From positions 5,056,001-5,120,000 of the forward strand of contig CBDFJQ010000002.1 of assembly GCA_965248575.1 (NCBI GenBank): a stretch of DNA of 64,000 nucleotides, given 5' to 3'. The number at the start of each line of letters is the position of its first letter. Positions within the stretch are counted from its first letter, which is position 1. A model generated the notes under the pieces. That model ran no database searches and was not told where the DNA came from. It was given only the letters and a program-made list of their open reading frames with translations. This document shows positions 56,795-64,000 of this stretch, in pieces. The DNA comes from Planctomycetota bacterium (GTDB lineage Bacteria; Planctomycetota; B15-G4). The position numbers were made by a program, and so were the translations under genes.

Positions 56795-57343
56795 ATGAAG
56801 AAGTTGATGATGTTCCTGCTGCTGTTGGTGGTGATCCTGGTGGGTGCCGGCCTGGCCACGCCCTCCGACTACTCGGTCGAATACAAGGTCCTGATCGACG
56901 CGACCCCCGCGGAAGTCCACGCGTATGTCGGCGAGTTGCGGAAGTGGCCCGACTGGGCCCCTTGGTACGAGGAAGACCCCACCATCGAGACGACCTTCGG
57001 CGAGAAGACCACAGGTGTCGGGGCTCAGCAGTCGTGGACCTCCAAGGATGGAAACGGTGAGCTCACCTTCACCCGTTGCGATGCGGTGAGCGGGATTGCC
57101 TATGACATGAACTTCATGCCCGATGAGGAAACAGTCTCACCGGCGAAGAGCGCCATGGACTACCGGGTGGTCGACGGCGGGACGGAGGTCACGTGGTCCA
57201 TGCAAGGCGACTGGGCGGGAGTCATGCCGCCTGTCCTGGACGGGCTCATGAAGCTCTTCACGCCGATGATCATGGGCAGCATGTTCGACTCGGGTCTGGC
57301 CAAGCTGAAGACCGTCGTCGAAGCTGGGCCCGCCGGCGCCTGA
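56795..57343 (+). CDS. SRPBCC-family protein
   Basis: IDATPAEV...WPDWAPW...GVGA...TEVTWSM...GLAKLK. Confidence 0.88.
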   Translation: MKKLMMFLLLLVVILVGAGLATPSDYSVEYKVLIDATPAEVHAYVGELRKWPDWAPWYEEDPTIETTFGEKTTGVGAQQSWTSKDGNGELTFTRCDAVSGIAYDMNFMPDEETVSPAKSAMDYRVVDGGTEVTWSMQGDWAGVMPPVLDGLMKLFTPMIMGSMFDSGLAKLKTVVEAGPAGA

Positions 57344-57347
57344 AGCA

Positions 57348-59030
57348 TCAGCGGCGCTTCGAGCGTTTGCTCTTGCGCGACTTTCCGGAGTCCTCTTGCT
57401 CGAGCAGGGCAGGGTCCGCCAGGAGTCCCTCCCGAAACGCCTCCGCGACGCGCTTCAGGTCGCGCTGCTTGCTGGGAAAGCGCTTTCCTGCATCCAGGGC
57501 TGCTTCCAGGCCGAGGTCCAGGTGAGGAGCGAGGCGTTTCCATTCCGCCATCTGCTGCTCGTACTCCGCCTCGAGGATGAGGTTGAACAGTTGCAGTCGT
57601 TGGTTGCTGTCGAACTGCGCTTGGCGTGAAAGCCACAGCGATTGCTCGCGGTGGTCCTTCAGATCCAGGGCAGCAGAGGCACCTAGTCGGGAGAAGGCCT
57701 CGATCAGGTCACTCCTGCCGATCTCCGTGAGCACGTCCCGGCTGCTCGCGGATTCCAGGGCCTCCACTTCAGCCACGCCGCCCATGGCTTGGGCAAGCAG
57801 GACTGGCAGGGCTTCGCTGTCTGGCATGCCGTCCCTCGGCGTGTTGACCGGCGTGTCCAGCAGGGAGGTCAAGGAGACCCCGCTGGGTGTCGTTGAGAGC
57901 AAGAGGTGCAGCAGGCAACGTGCAGCGGCGCGGTCGCGAGGCAGGAAGCTCTCTGCATCCGCGGCGCGGCTGAAGCTGGCGGGGGCTTCGGTCTTGCGGT
58001 CACTTGCCAAGTCGCTCCAGTGGCGCGATTCGCTAGCGTCGAAGCTCAGCCAGGGGTCGCCTGTCTTGCTGACCGTGACGGCCAGGTTTGCCGGAGGGCC
58101 CGTGACCGGCGGCGGTGGCGAGGATCCCTTGGGGACGAAGCCGGACCAGCCCGCTCGGTACCAGCCCGGCGTCTGTCGAGTCCAACTCTCCTGACCGACC
58201 CAGGCCTTGCCGTGGGCCGCGATGTCCAACTCATCGATGAGGCCGTTGGCCAGCCAGGGCGGGACGAGCCCCCATGCTCCTCGACGCAGCGAGCGGTTGG
58301 CCACGAAGGCCAGCGCGTAGTAGCCCACCCCGTGCTCCACCCAGCGGGCCCGGCGTCCAGAGATGGTGCTGTGGGCCATGTTGAAGACCTGCACGTCCCA
58401 GGTGCGCACCACCTCCGCCACGCGCTGTGCGGGTGTGTCGACCTCGTTGGCTGGGTGCCAGCCGGAATAGCCGAGGCGCTCGCAGTAGTCGAGCAGTTCG
58501 ATCAGGGCATGAAAACCTGGTTCACCTGCGCTGGAGTCGGTGATGACGAGCGGCAACTCCGCTGCAGAAATCAGCCCCGCACCTCCCGCGGGCCACAGGC
58601 GTTTCACGAGGGCTGCTGCAGGCTCTAGAGAGGCCACCAGATCGTCGCGCAGTCTCTTCGCACGCTTCGCGTTGCTCAGGGAATCTTCCATGAGCACATG
58701 CACCTTGAAAGGACCCGCTGCGCCGCTTGCGAAGAGTTCGCTGTCCAGGACGCGCCGGAAGAGCTCACCACCATCACGCGGCCTGGACAGGTCCTCCCCG
58801 GGCAACGCGCGCTTCAAGAGCTCGGCGACGGCGGCCGTCGGTTCGACGGAGCGGCTCCCTGCGAAGGTCTGAGCAGGGATGATCAGCATGATCAGGATGC
58901 TCACCGCCCACGGTGCCGCAGCGAGCAGCAGGCGCTGCTGGATCCGAGGAGCTAGCAAGCGGGAGACCGAAGACAAGGGTCCGGTCCAGGAACAGGACGG
59001 CAAGCAGCGGGCTGTGGATCGTGACGGCAT
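57348..59030 (-). CDS. Secreted hypothetical protein with a degenerate peptidase-MA-like motif (start uncertain)
   Basis: Signal-like segment ending TFA; VEHGVGYY...PPWLANGL; basic C-terminus. Confidence 0.7.
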   Translation of the reverse strand: MPSRSTARCLPSCSWTGPLSSVSRLLAPRIQQRLLLAAAPWAVSILIMLIIPAQTFAGSRSVEPTAAVAELLKRALPGEDLSRPRDGGELFRRVLDSELFASGAAGPFKVHVLMEDSLSNAKRAKRLRDDLVASLEPAAALVKRLWPAGGAGLISAAELPLVITDSSAGEPGFHALIELLDYCERLGYSGWHPANEVDTPAQRVAEVVRTWDVQVFNMAHSTISGRRARWVEHGVGYYALAFVANRSLRRGAWGLVPPWLANGLIDELDIAAHGKAWVGQESWTRQTPGWYRAGWSGFVPKGSSPPPPVTGPPANLAVTVSKTGDPWLSFDASESRHWSDLASDRKTEAPASFSRAADAESFLPRDRAAARCLLHLLLSTTPSGVSLTSLLDTPVNTPRDGMPDSEALPVLLAQAMGGVAEVEALESASSRDVLTEIGRSDLIEAFSRLGASAALDLKDHREQSLWLSRQAQFDSNQRLQLFNLILEAEYEQQMAEWKRLAPHLDLGLEAALDAGKRFPSKQRDLKRVAEAFREGLLADPALLEQEDSGKSRKSKRSKRR

Positions 59031-59242
59031 CGGGCATCTCCAGTGTCGCGGGCAAGTGGCCCGTCTGGGGATGTCATGTCGTGATGGGCACGCCGCAACT
59101 GACAGAATTCTCGGAAGCAAACGCCCCAGGGAATTCGTCGTCAGCTCGCGCTGCTGCCGTTCGTCGGGTAACGGTTTGAGAAGGCCTGGCTGCGTCAGGC
59201 CGAGAGGGCGTCGCGAGCTGCCGGAGGGGTCAGCAAGCGATC

Positions 59243-59746
59243 TCAGCTTGCGGACGAGCTGTCCGCCGCGTCGTCCGCGCCGCGGGATTTTCCGATCAGG
59301 TCGGTGCTCGAGTGTGTCTTGGGATCCCCGGCGATCAAGATTCGCCCGCCGTAGGCGAGCACGGTCTCGCGCTCGGGCACGGTCTCCTCGGTCCAGTCCG
59401 TGCCCTTGACGTGCACATCAGGGCGCAGCGCATCCAGCAGACCCTCGGCCGTGGCCTCTGGAAAGCTGGTCACGGCGTGCACGCCCTTGAGGGCCGCGAT
59501 CACCTCCATGCGTTCTTCCAGGGGGACGTGCGGGCGTCCAGGGCCCTTGTTGCGCCGAACGGAGTCGTCCGTGTTGAGGGCCACGACCAGCAGGTCGGCG
59601 GCACCCGCCGCTTCCCGGAGCAGGCGCACATGGCCCACATGAAGGACGTCGAAGCAGCCGTTGGCGAGGGCAAGGAGGCGGCCAGCGCGCTCTTTCAGGA
59701 GGTGGTTCGCAAGGACGTGGTAGTCAGGAACGATGAGTGTGGTCAT
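59243..59746 (-). CDS. hldC: D-glycero-beta-D-manno-heptose 1-phosphate adenylyltransferase (RfaE domain II/HldC)
   Basis: ANGCFDVLHVGH, ALNTDDSVRRNKGPGRP, VKGTDW, SSTDLI. Confidence 0.88.
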   Translation of the reverse strand: MTTLIVPDYHVLANHLLKERAGRLLALANGCFDVLHVGHVRLLREAAGAADLLVVALNTDDSVRRNKGPGRPHVPLEERMEVIAALKGVHAVTSFPEATAEGLLDALRPDVHVKGTDWTEETVPERETVLAYGGRILIAGDPKTHSSTDLIGKSRGADDAADSSSAS

Positions 59747-60792
59747 CGCGGCAGCTTTCGGTTGGAGAGTGCGGATTGGTCCAGCAGCTCTTGCGCGGCC
59801 TGCACGACCCGCGCAGGAGCCAGCCGGGTCATGCAACGGTGGTCAATGGGGCATTCCTTCTTGTGGCACGGTGAGCAGTCCACCTCTTCACGCAGCACGC
59901 GTTGCCGGTTCATCTGGTAGTCGGTGTGCCGTGGGTCGGTGGGCCCCATGGTGACGACGGTCGGCGTGTCGAGCGCCACAGCCATGTGCCGCGGGCCGGT
60001 GTCATTGCTCAACACGAGTTCCGAGAGCGAGATGAGCGCCTTCAATTCCTCCAAGCTCGTCGGCGGGCTGTCGAGCACCGTGACCGCGTGTTTCATCTGG
60101 GAGGCGACGTCGAGGGCGAGGTCCACCTCGGAGGGTGCGGGCGCCAGGACGATGCCCAGGTCCAGTTGCTCTACGATGCCATCACAAGCACTGGCGAAGG
60201 AGGCGCTGGGGTACAGCTTGCTTGCGCCGAAGTTCGCGCCAGGAGCGCCGACCACGAAGGGTCTGCCAGGGTCAAAACCCTGTGCCGACAGCAGTCCGGA
60301 TACACGCTGAACGGCTTCCGGCGAGACGGCCAACTCGACAGGTGGTGTCTTGCCTGTCGGCCCCATGGTGCAGCCGAGGGCACGGGGGATGGCCATGTAG
60401 CGCTCGGTCATGGGGATCGGCAATCGCTTGCCGTCCTGCATGGGGGGCTTCAGGGCCAGGGAGAGGCAGAGCCTGCGCAGCGGATCTCGTGCGTAGCCCA
60501 CGCGGTTGGGTACGCGCGCCAGGAAGGGTCCGAAGGCGGCTCGCGCTGAATCGGGGAGCAGGAGGGCCAGGTCGAAGGACTCAGCGGCCAGACGCCGGGC
60601 CCGCGCTCGAGTCGCCTTCCAACCGCGACCAGAGTCGGGAAGGAAGCGGTCGACGGTCGTCAGCCCGTCGAGCAAACCCTTCAGGAAGGGGGCGCCCTCC
60701 ACCACGATCTCGGCGTCGGGCCAGTGATTCCGCAGCACCCTGAAGACGGGCGTCGCCATGACCACATCGCCCACCCAGTTGGGTAGGCGCAC
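59743..60792 (-). CDS. waaF: LPS heptosyltransferase II (GT9); true start probably CTG at 60825
   Basis: (RILV)RLPNWVGDVVMA, PGANFGASK, SNDTGPRHMA, CSPC...CPIDHRCM. Confidence 0.92.
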   Translation of the reverse strand: MRLPNWVGDVVMATPVFRVLRNHWPDAEIVVEGAPFLKGLLDGLTTVDRFLPDSGRGWKATRARARRLAAESFDLALLLPDSARAAFGPFLARVPNRVGYARDPLRRLCLSLALKPPMQDGKRLPIPMTERYMAIPRALGCTMGPTGKTPPVELAVSPEAVQRVSGLLSAQGFDPGRPFVVGAPGANFGASKLYPSASFASACDGIVEQLDLGIVLAPAPSEVDLALDVASQMKHAVTVLDSPPTSLEELKALISLSELVLSNDTGPRHMAVALDTPTVVTMGPTDPRHTDYQMNRQRVLREEVDCSPCHKKECPIDHRCMTRLAPARVVQAAQELLDQSALSNRKLPR

Positions 60793-60821
60793 CAGGATGC
60801 GGCGCGGGCGAACCAGTGGGA

Positions 60822-62039
60822 TCAGAGGAAGAAGTCCTCTCGCTCGGGAGCTGCCTCGATGTCGCCTGTGCCCTCGATCGCCTCCTCAAGCCACCAGTTC
60901 ACCTTGTTGTAGAGGCAGGTGACCTCACGGCATTCGTGGCTGGCATCGAAGTTGTCGAGCAGGCCGGACAGCCCCTGGGTGGTTTGCAAGGCGGCCGCGT
61001 TGTCCTTGTAGGCGGCTGCCTCGTTCACCTTGGCCTTCTCGACCCCGCGGTGAGCGGGGCAGTTGAACAGCCCCGTGGGGGTGAGCACTTGTCGCAGGGC
61101 CTGCATGTGGCACGTCTTGGGCTGCTTGGTGTACTCGCTCCAATCGCCTGTCTCGAGCATGCGCAGGTTGGTGCTCACGTAGACGTCGAAGTCGTCGTCG
61201 GCGAGGGCGCTGGCCTTGTCGACCTCCGTCCGCACCCGCGTCACCATGGTGGCCAGTTCGGTGTGCGCGCCGGTCGGGTCCATGACTTCGGCACCATCCG
61301 GCGTGCGCTCCAGGAAGGGCTTGAGCGAGATGTAGTCGAAACCGGATACCTTGGCGCGTTCGGTGGCCTGCACGATCTCCTGCACGTTTTCATGCACCGC
61401 CACGTCCGCGCGCTCTGCGCCCTCCCAGACGATGACGTAGGAGAAGCCGATGCGCGGCTTCGGGTTGGCGGCCTTGATCTTGGGGATCCAGGAGCAGATC
61501 TCGTCGAGGGTGAGATCCTTGTTCACGGGTTTGTGCATTTCCCGGAAGAGCTCGTTGCTACCGGAATCGAGGCTGAGGCGGATCCAGTCGTCTTGTTCGA
61601 GGTAGGGGGCAACTTCCAGCAGCTTGTCGCCATGGCTGCCGTTGCTGACGATGGCGATCTTGAGCTCCAGCTCCTTCAGGTACTTCACGAAGCTGACGAA
61701 GCGCGGGTGTACCGTGGGTTCACCACCGCCGATGAGGATCACCGAGCGCATGCCGCGAGCAGCCATCTGCGCCAGCGACGCACGCAGGTCCTCTTCCTCA
61801 TGCTTCCACTTGCTGTTGAGGATGTCCCAGTCGATGCAGTGGTCGCAGCGATAGTTGCAGGCGGTCGTGAGGTCCAGGTTGATGGAGATGGGGGCCTGCT
61901 CGGGCGGCAGCTCGGGGTCGGGCTGGCCTGCGGCGCGGGCCTCGCGCACGGCGCGACGCCAGTTCACGTAGGCCTGCACGGTCGGCAGCACGGACGGTTG
62001 GCGGAGCTTGCCGGTGAAGTCGTGGATGGCGTGGCTCAT
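60822..62039 (-). CDS. Radical SAM protein with twitch/SPASM-like auxiliary Cys
   Basis: CNYRCDHC, GGGEP, SNG; C-terminal TCHMQ...FNCPAHRG...HECREVTC. Confidence 0.93.
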   Translation of the reverse strand: MSHAIHDFTGKLRQPSVLPTVQAYVNWRRAVREARAAGQPDPELPPEQAPISINLDLTTACNYRCDHCIDWDILNSKWKHEEEDLRASLAQMAARGMRSVILIGGGEPTVHPRFVSFVKYLKELELKIAIVSNGSHGDKLLEVAPYLEQDDWIRLSLDSGSNELFREMHKPVNKDLTLDEICSWIPKIKAANPKPRIGFSYVIVWEGAERADVAVHENVQEIVQATERAKVSGFDYISLKPFLERTPDGAEVMDPTGAHTELATMVTRVRTEVDKASALADDDFDVYVSTNLRMLETGDWSEYTKQPKTCHMQALRQVLTPTGLFNCPAHRGVEKAKVNEAAAYKDNAAALQTTQGLSGLLDNFDASHECREVTCLYNKVNWWLEEAIEGTGDIEAAPEREDFFL

Positions 62040-62072
62040 GGTTCAGTCCGGAGGGATTCTCGGTGTGCGGGA

Positions 62073-63059
62073 TCAGGCTGTGCCGCCCAGGCTGGCCTCG
62101 GGGAGCAAGAAGGCTCTCCGCAGGTTGTCCAGGGCGGTCATGCGTTGGCGGATTCTAGTGTTTTCCTCGGCCAAGACCCGGGGCCGTTCTTGGCGGAGTC
62201 GTGCAACAAAGCGGGCCAGATGCAGCCCGAGGGGGTCCGGCACGTCCACCGCACGGGCGCCACTGGCGAAGAACTGGGCATAGTCCCGGGTGCGTATGAG
62301 GCGGTGTGCCCAGTGGCCGTTGATGGCCAATGAGGCCTCGCGCGGCTGCTCGGGGCTGGCGCTGAGTTCCACCATGACGTCAATGGCGTGGCCGTCAGCC
62401 ACGTAGCGGAAGGCCGTCGAGAGCTCCGTGGCTGACAGGTCGTGCGTCGAGAATCGCACCCCCTCGACGGAAACCGTGCGCGCCGGGTGCAGTGCCGCCA
62501 GGACGCTCAGGGGATGGGAGAACGCGTCCCCGATCATCTCGACGCCGCGCGAGGCGGGGGCCATGCGCATGGCGAAGCGGGTGATGGGCGCGTCCCGCAC
62601 ACCTGGATGCAGCGCGTCGAACGAGGGCAGCGTGGCTGGCCACTGGGCGTTCTCCATGAGCAGGAGGCCCTGCTGCTGGAAGCGGTCCACGAGTGCGTGC
62701 GCCACGCTGACGTCGTCCTCGCCACCCCACAGGAAGGGCTTCTCGCACAACACATCGACGCCGGCCTCGAGGGCTTGTTCCAACCACTCGCGATGGCTGC
62801 GCGGGGGAGACAGGATGGCGACGGCGTCCAGGGGCTGCTCGCGCAGCATGGCCCGGCCGTCGCTGTAGCCGATGGCGGTCACGCCGGCGATGCGTTGCAG
62901 GTCGGCCCCTGCTTGCGCCATCGACTCGGGGCTGGTGCAGGCAAAGCTCACCACGTCGGCCCCGGCCTCCCGCAGCCAGCGTCCCACAAAGGGGCCCAGG
63001 CCTTGGCGATGTCGCCGCGCACCGATGAGCCCGATCCGGGGGCGTTGTTCCTGGGTCAT
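62073..63059 (-). CDS. Gfo/Idh/MocA-family oxidoreductase
   Basis: RIGLIGA Rossmann start, LDAVAILSPP...H, DVLCEKPF. Confidence 0.85.
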   Translation of the reverse strand: MTQEQRPRIGLIGARRHRQGLGPFVGRWLREAGADVVSFACTSPESMAQAGADLQRIAGVTAIGYSDGRAMLREQPLDAVAILSPPRSHREWLEQALEAGVDVLCEKPFLWGGEDDVSVAHALVDRFQQQGLLLMENAQWPATLPSFDALHPGVRDAPITRFAMRMAPASRGVEMIGDAFSHPLSVLAALHPARTVSVEGVRFSTHDLSATELSTAFRYVADGHAIDVMVELSASPEQPREASLAINGHWAHRLIRTRDYAQFFASGARAVDVPDPLGLHLARFVARLRQERPRVLAEENTRIRQRMTALDNLRRAFLLPEASLGGTA

Positions 63060-63838
63060 GGGGACGTGCTTCCGTCAGAGGCTCGGCGGACCCCAAGCGA
63101 GTCCATGCGCGCTTCGAGCTCAGCGGGAAGCTGGTCCGCGAAGCAGCCGAGCTGCGGCAGGTATCCCAGGTGGTCGGCCAGCCGCAACAAGCCCACTTCG
63201 GTCTTCATGTCTGGGATCTCTCCGCTTCGGCAGGCGCGGATGGCCTCACCCAGCTCCATGATGTGAACCCGGCCGAACTCCTCCATGGTGCTGCCGTCCC
63301 CGTCGCCTTGCCGTGCTTCATCCAACGGGGCCTCGGCGCAGCAGTAGTACAGCTTTTCGTCGCCGATGCCGGGGCTGGCGAAGGTCTCATCGCCCAGGAC
63401 CTCGAAGGCCTCGTCGGGCAGGTCCACGGCTGCTTCCTCGAGCGCTTCCACGGCGGCTCGGTGTTTCTTGCCGAGATCCCCGGGGACATCGTCGCCGGGC
63501 TCCACGATGCCAGCGACCAGCTCCATCAGCGTCAGGTAGTCGCGGCGGTCGGGGTGGACGAAGGCCTTGCGCCTCCGGAGGTACACGGGAGGGCGGGGAC
63601 TTTCACGGAGCAGCACACGGACCTGGCGCGAGCCGCCCTCAGCCTGGAGGTCGTAGAGCACCGCCACCACGGCGTCGACCCCACGCCGGCTGACCAAGTC
63701 GCAGGGATAGGGCTCGGAGCTGCTTCCGTCGGAATACTCGTTCCGGAGTTGAAGTCGCTCCAGCGTCAGGAAGCCCTGGTCGCAGGAGGCACCGACGGTG
63801 TCGTCCTGAACGATGGTGATCGCCGTGAGTTCGCGCAT
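63056..63838 (-). CDS. NUDIX hydrolase, ADP-sugar pyrophosphatase (NudF)-like
   Basis: ELVAGIVE...EALEEA, ASPGIGDE, IPDMKT; ATGA overlap with the downstream gene. Confidence 0.82.
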   Translation of the reverse strand: MRELTAITIVQDDTVGASCDQGFLTLERLQLRNEYSDGSSSEPYPCDLVSRRGVDAVVAVLYDLQAEGGSRQVRVLLRESPRPPVYLRRRKAFVHPDRRDYLTLMELVAGIVEPGDDVPGDLGKKHRAAVEALEEAAVDLPDEAFEVLGDETFASPGIGDEKLYYCCAEAPLDEARQGDGDGSTMEEFGRVHIMELGEAIRACRSGEIPDMKTEVGLLRLADHLGYLPQLGCFADQLPAELEARMDSLGVRRASDGSTSP

Positions 63839-64000
63839 AGGGCGCGGAGTGTACCGGAGCCATCGGGTGGGAGAAGGGCTCGCGTACCCGGCCGTCGCCG
63901 GGTGCGCGAGCTGCCTTCGTGAGGACCGAAGCGAGGCGAGGGATCGCCTCCAGGGGAGAGCTGCCTGGCCGCTTCCGGGTGGTGGTGGATGCGACAAGGC

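Overview
This is a gene-dense, high-GC bacterial window with about 57 CDS. I recognised no rRNA, tRNA, CRISPR array, transposase, integrase or phage genes. The gene content (DUF1501/DUF1800 pair, DCNxNG Ca-binding repeats, TMTC-like TPR glycosyltransferases, many lipoproteins) suggests a Planctomycetota-like diderm; this taxonomy is inference. Main blocks, left to right: a TolC-MFP-MacB-type efflux operon with an added MsbA-like exporter; a secreted HEXXH protein; a three-gene pseudopilin cluster followed by a formylglycine-generating enzyme; a BlaI/M56 (BlaR-like) pair with three 21-bp-phased ACGAA-N4-TTCGT operator boxes; a Spy/CpxP-like protein and a transglutaminase-TPR-PA14 protein; a PQQ sugar-dehydrogenase-like surface protein coupled to an SGNH + MBOAT O-acylation module; a lipid-linked glycosylation cluster (two TMTC-like proteins, GT39, a Thr-type sulfatase-like protein, GT2) surrounding a DnaA-box-containing intergenic region; DUF1800/DUF1501 with two TRL-like lipoproteins; a GcvT-like gene with two phytoene-desaturase-like oxidoreductases; and an LPS-core operon (NUDIX, Gfo/Idh/MocA, radical SAM, waaF, ADP-heptose adenylyltransferase). 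The best candidates for undescribed biology are the radical-SAM/heptose operon, the pseudopilin with duplicated CH...HLxHGD...C modules, the glycosylation cluster, the GcvT/oxidoreductase triad and the His-rich BlaR-like sensor. All family calls come from motifs read by eye; no database searches were run.
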